From the NCBI GenBank assembly GCA_002633005.1, contig NMRA01000060.1, positions 890,315 through 954,314 on the forward strand: DNA of 64,000 nucleotides, given 5' to 3'. This document shows, in pieces, positions 1 through 11,471 of this stretch (positions are counted from its first letter, which is position 1; each line of letters begins with the position of its first letter). This stretch comes from Phoronis australis (lineage: Eukaryota > Animalia > Phoronida). The translations under genes and the position numbers were made by a program. The notes beneath the pieces are model-generated. The model had not been told where the DNA came from and ran no database searches. It worked only from the letters and a program-made list of their open reading frames with translations.

Positions 1-212
1 AGTGAGGGGTTGCTCTCCCTGCCCACAGTGAGGGCTTGCTCTCCCTGCCCATAGTGAGGGGTTGCTCTCCCTGCCCATAGTGAGGGGTTGCTCCCCCTGC
101 CCATAGTGGGGGGTTGCTCTCCCTGACCATAGTGAGGGCTTGCTCTCCCTGCCCATAGTGAGGGGTTGCTCTCCATGCCCATAGTGACGGGTTGCTCTCC
201 CTGCCCATAGTG
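1..212. repeat. 26-bp minisatellite, about 8 copies, runs off window start
   Basis: Unit AGTGAGGGGTTGCTCTCCCTGCCCAT repeated head-to-tail with few substitutions. Confidence 0.95.
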
Positions 213-1132
213 ATCGCACGTGACTGGCCAGAATAGCAGCGTTGAAGACACCTACTCTTAGGACGATTGGCAGGACACCTTTGCGAACTCTCAGATCGTC
301 CATTTAACTCAATATAAAATGCCACAGTCGGACGCTGTAAGAAAACCGGTTGCTAAGTGTCCTGTCATTAGTGGCTGTCTATCATTTCTTCGCCAGTGTT
401 TGCATCAAACAGTTCTCTTCACATGCGTGAATTCCTTAAAATGGATTCCTCGCATTTTTTGCATGAATGTGCAAATTCTTAAGTGCGCTACCACTGAAAC
501 ATCTGTCTCAGAAGTTACATTGGGGAAAAAGAATCAACGCACTAATCTAGCTCAATGTGAAAACGATACAAGTCTGAGCCGAAAAGTCGAACGTTAAAAT
601 CTGTGTACTTCATATCAAGACCTGGCCCAAGCTGTTCAACATGGGGTGATGCAAACGAAATTCAATTTGAAACGACTTGACGCCTCAGGCACCATTTCAA
701 ACCAGTTTGTTTCGCTGACGAAAATAGTACAGGAATGTTCCATACCTACTTGTCAAAGGCACAAGCCGCAAAACAAACACTGGATACGAAACGGCGGAAC
801 GGCGGAAACAAACCAGAAACATAATTGGGGCATCCATTCCTTCCTAGCACTAGCAGAAGAAGTGTTGTGAAAGGCCGATGTACAACCGCTTTTTCATTAA
901 CAATAAGACATTACAGTTGGTTGGGAAATAAAAATTCGGACATTTTGATTGGCTGGATTAGTGTTGAAAAATGCACGAGTACACACCAGTCCATCCCTTG
1001 AGAAATGCTTTAATGGCAGCTTCCGGTTGCTGCTTCAAAAGCAACAGGCTAATCGATGTATTCAGCACAATTTCTTTTTGTTAATACCAAGGCGTCAATT
1101 CACTACAGTGTTGCTGCTCATTTCTGCACCAT

Positions 1133-1490
1133 CAGCCGATTTCATAAAGGTGGTTTAAAGTTAAACCTGGTTTAAACTTGACTTAGTCCAGATTTAAATA
1201 TAATCTGCATTTCATAAAGGTGGCTTATGTTAGAACCTGGTTTAACTCCAGTTTAGACCTGGTCTAAGTCTTTTTTCGTTTCACCAACTAGGTCCATATT
1301 CTTTAGTCCTGTATAACGATCTTAAACCAGGTTGAACTTAGTCAGACCCAGGTTTAACTGTTAAATATGACAGACTTGCATGATATAGGTGCAACTGAAT
1401 GATGCCGCGGTGTGCAATTACGACACAGTTTTAGAACGGAAATGGACTATTTGCAATATTCAGTTTTACGACGACACAAGATCAAGCGTA
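1133..1490 (+). mobile_element. Terminal fragment of a PIF/Harbinger-like element
   Basis: Starts CAGCCGATTTCATAAAGGTGGTTTAAAGTTAAAC, matching the reverse complement of the element end at 5200-5299, and carries repeated AAACC(A/T)GGTTT subterminal motifs. No second end found. Confidence 0.65.
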
Positions 1491-1491
1491 G

Positions 1492-1640
1492 CAGGGGTGG
1501 ATCCATGATTTTTAAGGGGGGTCGGTCAAGGACTTTTTAAAGGGGGGACCAAGTCAACAATTTGAGAATTATAGATTTGAGAACACTGAAAGTAAGGAAA
1601 AAGGGGTCCGGACCCATTGACTCCCTTGGATCCGCCTATG
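1492..1640. mobile_element. Short MITE with GGATCC-type terminal inverted repeats
   Basis: CAGGGGTGGATCCA...TGGATCCGCCTATG termini. Flanks CGTAG/TGTAG may be a decayed TSD. Confidence 0.65.
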
Positions 1641-2084
1641 TGTAGAAAAGTACGTGCTGGATGGTGTCTTGCGGATATGACAGGTCGAGCAAGGCGTCGT
1701 CGTCGTAAGCGCTATGGGTTTGACTGAAGACAGCATCTTTTGGTTCTTCTGAGTTCCACCTCCATTGGTCTTCGATTTAATATTGCCGGGAAGGGGTTTT
1801 GCTCCCTCTTTGGCCCCGAAAACTAAACACCAAATGTCACGGAAATAAATTTGGACATTTATCATGTTGCGGCTAATCGTGAGCATGTACTTTAATGTGT
1901 GTACAGACATTACATTTTTCCTCACGAGAAAAGCTTTTACACCTTTTTCGCAAATGTTTGCACTGAGTGCTACTAGTGAGCATGTGCCATTGTATACCCA
2001 CGTGGTAAAGGTTTCATTGAAGCACTTCAATAGGTTTTTGTTGATTAACAAAGCAGGGTGGTCTAGATACTTTGACGGCTGATG

Positions 2085-2941
2085 GTGATTTTCTGCCGAC
2101 TTCGACTACTGTGGCGCCTCCTAGTGGCATTTTTTGCGCCCATGGCTGTATCTCCTAAACCGTTAACGGAATCTTTACTAAATTTAGCAAGTGTATTTAT
2201 ATGATGTTGACAACGGATGACGACAACTTTCGGATGGATCTGATTACCAGTGTGCCCCCTAGTGGCAATTTTATTTTTTTTACGTTTACACTGTACCTCT
2301 GTATCTTCAAAGGTCTTCAACGGATTTTCATAAAATTTGAAATATAGGCATCTATTGGTGAGATGACTCCATCCTTCTGTTTTCAGATGGAATCGAGGTC
2401 TTTTGCGCCACCTAGTGTCCATTTTTTGCTGTTTTCGGGTCTGTTTTTTGGCTTCCATCCTTCGATCAAGCAAACCATTCTAAGGATGATTTGAAAATTG
2501 GCGTATACATGTATGTTCACAGTGTGAAGAGAACGGTTGACGATGACGACTTCGACTACTGTGGCGCATCGTAGTGGTAGTTTTGTTTTGTTTTGTGCCC
2601 ATAACTGCATCTCTTAAACCAATTGCAGGATCTTTAATTTAGCAACTGTATTTATATGAAGACGGCGTCTTTCAGGCGGATCCAATGAACGCTGTGCCCC
2701 ATAGTGGCAGTTTCTTTTTTTCCGTTTTCCTTTGTTTCTCTGAAGTTCCTTGACAGGTTTTTATGAAATTTAGTAAGTAGCTCTCTATTAAAAAAAACGA
2801 TGGCGTGTTTCTGTTTTCAGATGAATTTGACGTTTTTGCGCCATCTAGTGGCCATTTTTATGAAACAAATAAGCAACCATAGAAGTACACCGTTTGCGGT
2901 GCATTCGTGGGCGCATTTCAACGCTCCGTGTTGCTCTTGTT
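2085..2941 (+). mobile_element. 5'-truncated Helentron/DINE-like non-autonomous element, same family as 32398-34148
   Basis: Shares the internal repeats (TTCGACTACTGTGGCGCCTCCTAGTGGCA etc.) and the 3' end GTGGGCGCATTTCAACGCTCCGTGTTGCTCTTGTT with the copy at 32.4-34.1 kb. Confidence 0.75.
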
Positions 2942-3577
2942 CGAAAAGGCAGTTATCGGAGGAGTTACGAAAAATGGTTTTTGAATTTGAAAAAGCATTC
3001 AGTAGTATCTAGCTACAAATACCTTGGCATACTTTTTACTGTGAAAAATGAGTGGACGAAGACTCAAAAATTCTAGAAGATCAAGTATCCAAAGCTTTGC
3101 TTATATTTCAGTTTGAAGAGGTATCGGTTATCACCTGGCATATTTTTTATTGTAAAATTAAACCAAAATTACAGCATGGTGCGGAGATATAGGGTTTACA
3201 TTCCGCAGCGGATGTAGAAATCATACACAATAAATGTTGTAATTTTTTATCGAGTACTGGGCAAAATGTCCCAAACCTAGCGGCCAGGGAGAACTGGGAA
3301 GAAATACTTTGTTATCATTACGATTTCCTATAATACTAAAATACTGCTTAAACTTAATAAAGAGCAGGTGGAATAAGGTATTAAAAATTTGTTACAACAC
3401 TCAATATGATTTAATTAAACGAAATGTCAACTGTTTGGCGTTTTGTGTTAATCATTTGCAGCCGATTTCATAATGGTGATCAAACCTGGTCTTCCTAAAC
3501 CTGGTCTAATTTCAGACTGGTTTGAAAGTCTGAAAGCATGGTTTTGATAGACCAGGGAGCAGGTTCAGTAAAACCAG

Positions 3578-3869
3578 ACGTGCGTTCAGAAACGCTAGGA
3601 CCTAGCTAAAATTCTAGCCAAAATCACGTATTCTCATTTAAAATAGAAGGCAATATCTCACGTAATTATCCGAAGTTTTGTTTTTAGCGACACCCTAGAG
3701 TTACTGAACGGGAAGCAGCGTCCCGTTCAGTAACGCTAGGACCTCGCTAAAAAGCAAGACTTCGCAAGATTAAGTGAGATATTGCCGTGCATAGTAAATA
3801 AGAACACGTGACTTTTACTAGGTTTTAGTTAGGTCCTAGTGTAGGTACTAGCGTCTACTGTACGCACGC
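3578..3869. mobile_element. Foldback MITE nested in the Harbinger element
   Basis: About 290-bp imperfect palindrome ACGTGCGTTCAG...CTGTACGCACGC with centre GTTACTGAACGGGA-AGCAGCG-TCCCGTTCAGTAAC. Flanks CAG/TAG. Confidence 0.8.
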
Positions 3870-4046
3870 TAGGTTTAAAGTATCTAAGGCACCCCATTGT
3901 GTCGAGTTACGTTAACCCTATAAAGAAACTATTGAAGTGCTTCAATGGAACTGTGATCATGTGGGTATCAATAACAGCACACAGTTGTTGGTAGAATCGT
4001 GCAGTGTTACGTGCACTTCCTGGTGCCTCTGTCATAAACAAAATGG

Positions 4047-4430
4047 GTGGGAAAAGGTTGGGAAATTTGTCTCCCGAAGAAAATTGGTTTCCTTACAGAG
4101 CTGATTACAGAAAAAATCGATGTCACAGAGAACAAGAAAAATGAAGCCAAATGTAGTCAATGGAAGCACCAGGCCTGGAGAGACATTGGGTCCAGAATGG
4201 TTGCACAGTTTGCGAAATCAGAAAAAACTCAGAGATAAACTTTTAAAGAACTTTGGAAACGCTCCAAAAATGTAAGCAAAAAAAGGAATTTTCAACACTG
4301 AAAAAAGCTGCAAAGAAAACTGGTGGAGGACCAAAGGAGATGGAACCCAGTCAGGAAAGACAGGTGTTGCTAGACTTGATCGGAGATGATGGCGTTGTCA
4401 GTACCGCCCGAGACGCTTACAGCAATGACA
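4047..4430 (+). pseudogene. Harbinger Myb/SANT-like DNA-binding protein remnant
   Basis: LTELITEKIDVTENKK...WKHQAWRDI and KKTGGGPKEMEPS motifs typical of Harbinger ORF1, broken by frameshifts. Confidence 0.8.
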
Positions 4431-4591
4431 CCCTGCTCGGCCATTCGTATTTTAAGGAGTCTGAACGACACACTGGAACAGGTACGGATCAACATTTGAA
4501 TGTGTTGTCGTCTAGACAACCACATTCGATGAAATCTACAAAACCCCAGGTGTTGCGTACAGTATGCGGATGTGGCAAGATTCCGGATTCT

Positions 4592-5077
4592 TCATGAACA
4601 AGCTATTCTGATGTGTGTACCATCAATGCAACTGACAACCCCAAGGAAATGCGCCACGGGAAAAATGTTGTTTGATTCTGTTGACTTTTGCCGGATCCGG
4701 CCATGANTGTAGAGTGATTTCAGTGATTCGATCATTTCGCTTACTCTCCGTACAATCCTGCACGCAGATGCCACACTAAAGCCACTCAGATCACCCACGA
4801 CGCGTTCATAGCTACCCCTTGCATGGAATTGCAAACAGGTAAGCACTTATAACTGTAGCATAATAGGCCTACCCTGATTTCTCAGGGTGAAAGGTGCTAG
4901 TCGTTTTCTGTCCAATCTTATGACGTCTGTCATCATGTGTTGTCATTCGGAACCGGTTTTTGAATTCTAGTTTTTTGTGTCGCTAAAATATTGAAATTCT
5001 CGCCCTAAAATTGGGTCGCGACGTCTTTCAGCTTCACCGTTGAGCACATGTGTATGGCGCAATTCTGAGTCAGCCAT
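4592..5077 (-). pseudogene. Harbinger (HARBI1-like) DDE transposase N-terminal remnant
   Basis: LQFHARGSYERVVGDLSGFSVASACRIVRRV and GVVSCIDGTHIRI (first catalytic Asp motif), truncated after it. Likely ATG at 5077. Confidence 0.85.
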
Positions 5078-8000
5078 CTTTAACAGTGAAAAACCTTGGT
5101 CTGACCAGGTCTAAAGTTAAACCTGGTTTAAGGTCTTACTACAGGTCTAGAACAAGTTTAAATTGTAGTTAAACCAGATTTTACTAGACCACTGGTCTAA
5201 AAGTTAAACTACCTTTATGAAATGCAGATTATCCTTAATCCTGGTCTAAGTCCACTTTAAACCAAGTTTAACTTTAAACAACCTTCATGAAACCGGCTGT
5301 TATTGTTCAGATCGGGATTTGGCATCCTATGGGAAATGCAGTCAGTTGGTAACGAGTCTGTATTTTTGAGTGAGTTTAAACAACGGATTTAGATATAGAC
5401 GTGCAGCAGTGGATGCAGGAATTGGTTAGGTTTTAGTAAAATAGGTACTTACGAATTATATAAACAACACTTTATGATGGAAACCTACGTCACAAGTGTA
5501 AAAAGCAGAAAGTATTTGAAGGTTGTGGCAAAATGTGGATGTTCAAACCACAAGCTACAAGTAGAAAGCGGAAGACACGTGAAAACGCCTAGAGAGAGTG
5601 AACTATGTACTGTTTGTGATCTCCATGTTGTAGAAGATGGATATCATTTTTGGTATAATGTCCGCTTTACGACGACCTAAGAACAACTTTCAAAATATTT
5701 AATAATTTGAAGTGTGAATTTACTCAGAAATGTAATATTTTAAATTTAGCTCAGTATTTGTTGGCTGGTGGTAGAAGAAGAGACCATGTAAATACGATTT
5801 ACTTTGTATTATTAAACTATGTATTTGAGTCGGAGGCCTTTGTACTAGAAAGATATATCAAAAAAGTTCCCTTTTTGATAACGCTCATACAATTCCTAAT
5901 AGCATTTTCGAGAATCATAGCGCACAGAACATACAGCAGCGTGTCATTTGAATCCGACCAGGCGTTTCTGAAATATAACGTTCCCAAGTTATCCCAATTT
6001 TGATATCTTTCGAGGGTCTTGCATAATTTTATCGTAATGCTTTTATGCTGACTGTGAACACCGCAGCAGGTTTGCTTGCGTTTCGCCTTTAAAATTGCAA
6101 TTTCTGGTCCCGAGTTTAGCGAAAAAGATGACTAACTTTCAAATTAGACGCAGTCTCTTGTATGTTATACGTTCTTACTGAGTTTAACAACGTTTCTTAA
6201 ATCATGCAATTTCAACTATGATATTTGATAATTTCACCAATATAAACAAAATAAAAGAATTAACTGGTCACTTGATTCGAAGCCAACTGAAGTAGCCAAT
6301 CATAGCCGGCTCAAGCAAGCAGTATGAATAAGATGATCTATTCCCAAAAGGAAGCAAACCATCAAAATGATTTCAAATGGATTTTCAGTTACAGTGTACA
6401 TTGATGATAAATCGCAGAACACGAAACCAATCACATTATGATGTAATCTACATGTACCATGGAGCGGATGCTCGAAGAAAAAGATTTCTACAAATTTAAA
6501 GAATGGAATTGAAAAAGGGAACCCATTTGGATTGAAGAAGCCTTAGAGTTTAGAAATAGTGCCCCTTCCGTAAAAAGTAAACCGCGTGAGCTGTGGACCT
6601 TTTTTCACCCTTTCAGATGGAAGTTTGTCGGAAATGGCACCCTGTTGGAGAGACAAAAAATCACCCTTCTAATCAACACAACTTGTAAACTTTTTCTTGG
6701 GAGTAACCTTTCGTAAAGGGTTTGTTTTTATAGTCCAAAATAAAGCTACATGACGCTAACGTAGGCAATTGCTTAACTCAGTCGCATAGACCAAACACCA
6801 CACAATGACACCAGCAACCACAGTATTTAAACTGGTTTGTTGTGCCTGAAACTTGCGACCATTCTTGACGTTTCAGGCAATGTATTGTACCCCTTCCTCA
6901 TAACTGAGTTGGGAGAGAATTCAAGTCCCAATGACCTTTCCTGAAAGTAGAAAAGTCATGCAAAGGAATAATGCAACCCTTTCATTATTCAGGGAGAGCG
7001 GGCAGCATACGAATTTAAAAAATGAAGAAAATTGCTTTTTGGGTACGAACACTGAAGTCTCGTGGCTCAAAATAAAACAATTCTTACTGTTGTCATGTCC
7101 TTTCAAAAGGTCTTACCAACTGGGTTTGTATTTCCTATTATGAAAGGAATAACAAAACTTGAGTATTTTTTGTTTCTGGACCCCTGGTAATCCAACTGAT
7201 TTAAAAAGCACTGTCTTAATCACGAACTGCTGTACTGTTACAGTGTTAGCCAGTTTATCAATTTAGGAATAAGAGCACGTAACACTTTAATGTTTTCATG
7301 CGTTTACGAACGGCACCAGTTACAATAAAATGCAATAACTATGCCTAGATTAAAGGAGTGCGCTGTAACATGTAACAACAAAACGATTGGAAATTCCACA
7401 GTTATGTTATTAAAGAAAATAAATGCTTTGGTTAAGACTTGCTCTGAAAATTCTTGGATTTTGCAGGTAACATCTCTGTCTGAGTAATTTCACGTGTTCT
7501 CTTGAGCAGGGCAGCCAGTCTCAAAGTACACCCCTTTCCGGTGTTGGTGTAACTTCCTGTTTTGTCGTCAACGGAAAGCTGGATATACAGATTTTCAATT
7601 AATGAAACAATAGTAAGACACTCAAAAGTATCTAAAAACATATAAAAACACAGCGATTGTTAAAAAAATTGACCAGAGCTACCATGTTGAACTCGGAGCA
7701 TGTGCAGTGGCGTTTACATAGAAATTCCTGGGTTGCGTTCCGTCAACGCGAAACCATCACGAAAACTAAAGATCACTCAAGACTTCACGAGATTGCATGC
7801 ATTGCAAGCAAAGGTTCCTTGACGCGAGTGCGCCTACGGAACTCAAACCGAGTGCTACGGCGTTGACATATGCAGCGCCAACCTCACCGCACGAGAGAGC
7901 CGCGAGGTAATGTATGACTGTTGTTCAGGATCTCGTTTTACATGTTGTGACAAGTAATACCCGAGTAGAGATGACAGTGCGTTCGTATACTATAGAACCC

Positions 8001-10939
8001 GAGCCTCCAGGTTCGCAACAATGACATAACTGTCGTAATTTCTAGTCATGTTGCTGTAATTTTGACAACAGGCGTTACAGTATTTGAAATATGGAACAGC
8101 AATTCTTTCGTTTTTCACAATTGGATGACACTGTTTTATCACTTGTGTATGATAAGGTCTTTTACATGGTTATTCTAAAGCGTCGCCTACGTGCTAAAAT
8201 TACCGTACATGTATGATAAACTGCCAACATAAGGTATCAGTGTCTTACCACCCAATTTGATTTTAGATAAGTCAGTGATAGCAGCGTCCCTTGCCATGAT
8301 AGCAGACCATATGGCAGAATCCATGTGGTCACGCATGTCGATACAGTGTGTTAAGGTAACTGAAAGTGACCTTTAACAAGAAATTGTTGAACTGAAACTT
8401 TATTCTGAAGTAGTAGTAAATATCCCAATATGTAAAGTTACATGATTTGCGCTGACACGAAGTAGTTGATTTCTTACATAACACCAGATCTTCGTCCATA
8501 TATGCTAGCTATTCTTAAGCTTAACCTACACAACATCGTTACTCACACTGCGTGCACCATTGTTGAAGTTGAATAAACCCTTGCATTTTTAGTGCCAGAT
8601 AAAACTTACTAGGGGCCCATATACTAGTACAAAAAGTGTGGCGAACCTGAGCGTCAAAATTGCCGGTCGCCCATGTGTTCTAGCTATCCTTTCCCACAAT
8701 TTCCTCCCCTCCCAGTCACCACAATATCCGCAACCCTTTCGATCGTTACGATGAACTACTGCTCCCACCTATCGAAGAAACCATTGAGATATCCCAATGA
8801 CGGTTAGATGGACTCCTCTTTTGTGCGAGGCTCCACGTTGTAGGATATCTGGCTAAATGGTTAATGGCCATTGGTCTTTTACGGTGAAATTTTCATATAT
8901 CCGATTAGGGTTACCTGGATTTATTTTCTCTATTCCCATGACCTATTGAGCTCTAAAGAGGGTCGATGGCCGACATTCTGAAAAAGTAAGTCAAGAATAA
9001 ACTACCAATAATGTTATGTTACCTATTTTGTTACTGAAATGACACACCTATCCGGACTAAGGTATAATTTCGACCACGCGTGGTGGACCAATTTTCAAAC
9101 ATCCGTACTATACGACTGTGCTCCATTACAGTCGTAGGTCTGCTCTGATCCACAATAGTATAGCCAAACGCATTAGCGATTTCTTTATCACTACTAGACA
9201 CTGCTGAAGGATGCCTTGACGTCATCGTGACTGAGACATCTGCCAAAGCGCAGTATGTAGAGTATGGGACGCCCAGGGGAGAGACAATTTCTGTCGCGTG
9301 AACAGGTGTGCTGATTCTTTCTACGACGTCAAGTGATATTTTTAGAAGACTTCAGTTACACCTCCTTTCACTAAAGTGACTAGAGAAAGGGTTTAATCTC
9401 CAAATCGAACTGAAAATTATGTGTTGCCTTTTTGATCCTGATGAATACGAGTACTTGAAAATCCATGGATTCAAGCTTCAAACTTGAGTTCAGACTCTAT
9501 CATGTAGTTTTGAAATACCAAATATGGTTAGAAAGTTGTCCAGGTAAACCATTCTGTTGCCGAGCGTAACGTAATACACGCTTACCACATACTCTGAGAG
9601 TATGGAATGGGAAATGTTCAATGCAGTTTGTAGCTCGATTTCGAGTCGATTCACAGTGATTGCACCATGGACCCTAACCTTGACTGTCGGCTTGTACTAT
9701 TCAGTATATTAAATGTCCATAATTGATGACTTAATGAAAGTATGTCCACAGTCGGAAGCAAATATTCCCAGCGAAATATGCAGTCTTCATTTCTGTCGAG
9801 GTGAAGGTCATCAGCCCCGGTCTGTTTACAAGGGGTGGTATCACTGGCGCGGCAGCGCCTCTACCATGGTACGGTATATTTATTAAAGCTATAAACAAAC
9901 ACAATACTGTTCTCAAATATGGCCATTGTGAGAAAGGAAATATTGGGAACTTATCTAATCAAAGGATATTGGATATATTGAAATTGAAATATAGTTACAA
10001 TTAAACATGATACAGCAAATATAGAACAACATAGTGACAATCATACAGTTAAACATTAACCAGACACCTAGATTTAAAGATGAATACTTGGATTCATAAG
10101 ATTTCAGCTACAATCCTTTAAGCACCAGTGCAGGAGCAGAAAACAACAAACTCGCGGCACAAATCCCCAGACTTGATCCCCTTAGTGAGGGACACACAGA
10201 TGCTCCAGAGACAAGGTGACTAAACTCCAGTCCGGGGGACCAGAGTCCTCATCCGGATTTTAAATCCGTTGGTGATGTTTGGAGTTAATGGGCACGACTC
10301 TGGGAATTTGTTTTAAGCAAAATATCATAGCTGGAATTTAAAGGCAACGACATGGAATTGTTTTCACCCCCTTGTATATGGAACCAACCTATATCTGTCA
10401 GAGACGTTCATCTCGACCTACATTATTGTCGTGTACATGTGACTACGTCACCACCCACGAGAGGGCACGAGAGTCAACATATGTTTTACAGAATTAGTTT
10501 AGCGCTGATAATGATTCCCTATAAAAGGAAAACAGAATCCGATCATATCATCTTCCAAGGATCACTAGGAAAACGGTAAGCACACTTTTATTTTTTCTGA
10601 CTTCACCAGCAATCAAATTAACGGTAGATTTTTGCGAGCCGTATTGGGGACCATTTAGACTTTTCAGTTGTCAGCACGTTTGAATTTCATGATGAATTTG
10701 AATTTGCTTGAACAATTTTAGTAAGTATTTCAAAAAAAATCGTAAATTTATGGCCATGTTCCCAATTAGGTGGAATCCACAGAAGCTAGTATAGATTTTA
10801 ATGTCACTTAAAGGAATTGGAATGTACTCACTGCACGTTGTTACATTTAGAGCGGCTTTCAACCAACGTTCCGTCAAAGAAACTAATTTTTGCTTAAGCT
10901 ATTTCGTAAAAACTTATATGAGAAAAAGTTTTGGGCATA

Positions 10940-11136
10940 AAAAATGGTTGGGCGATCTTTATGGCTTGAGATCTTGCACAATGCAAAAAGAAACACGCGA
11001 TGACAAGCTAACATGTAGAGACTGGTCGCTAAAACAACGAGTTTTCAATTTCCTTGAAGACATTGGATTACCTATATATTGGTTAAATAACAATTTTAAA
11101 CCATTTTCAGAATACCAAGAGTTTAAGCTAATATGA
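10940..11136 (+). mobile_element. Possible small LINE ORF2 C-terminal remnant
   Basis: DWSLKQRVFNFLEDIGLPIYWLNN resembles the W..V..LL...G...W segment seen in the LINE at 2.9-5.8 kb. Confidence 0.3.
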
Positions 11137-11471
11137 GTTTGAGTGACGGAATGCCATTACCCAAAAAGTCCACGTGGCGTCAGAAATCTAATAATGTTCC
11201 TAGTTAAAAAGTAGTACTGAGGCGAATGCCAACAAACACCCTAAGGCCATGTAAATTTTGTTTTCCAAACTGGCAAAAAGATCGGGAACGGATTGAAACA
11301 GCTCATTTTTGGGAAGATGTAAACACTAGTTAGTTGATTTATAAACCATGACTTTAAGGAGGCAGGCTGTAAGTGACTGAATGAAGCATGCGAATTACTT
11401 TGATGTATTCTTTGTCTAACAACTGGACAAAAGCATAGTAATGCAATAATTATTATTACTGTTACAGAATC

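Larger units (their letters stand above)
3459..5299. mobile_element. PIF/Harbinger DNA transposon, internally deleted or collapsed
   Basis: TIRs CAGCCGATTTCAT / ATGAAACCGGCTG, 3-bp flanks TTG/TTA, and convergent Myb/SANT-like (+) and DDE nuclease (-) remnants. A single N lies at about 4707. Confidence 0.9.
2942..5860 (+). mobile_element. Decayed non-LTR retrotransposon (LINE) ORF2 3' part, split by the Harbinger insertion at 3459-5299
   Basis: Frameshifted translation gives YKYLGILF (end of RT), GAEI-G, AARGELG, then after the insertion LFRSGFGILWEMQSVGNESVFLSEFKQR and HKLQVESGR...CTVCDLHVVEDGYHF (C-terminal zinc knuckle). The reading frame continues across the insertion. Confidence 0.85.

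Noticed and set aside
1-212. 26-bp repeats as a CRISPR or iteron array
   Set aside because: No spacers; an ordinary minisatellite.
1569-2051. 160-aa minus-strand ORF
   Set aside because: No recognisable motif; it reads into a MITE and sits amid transposon debris.
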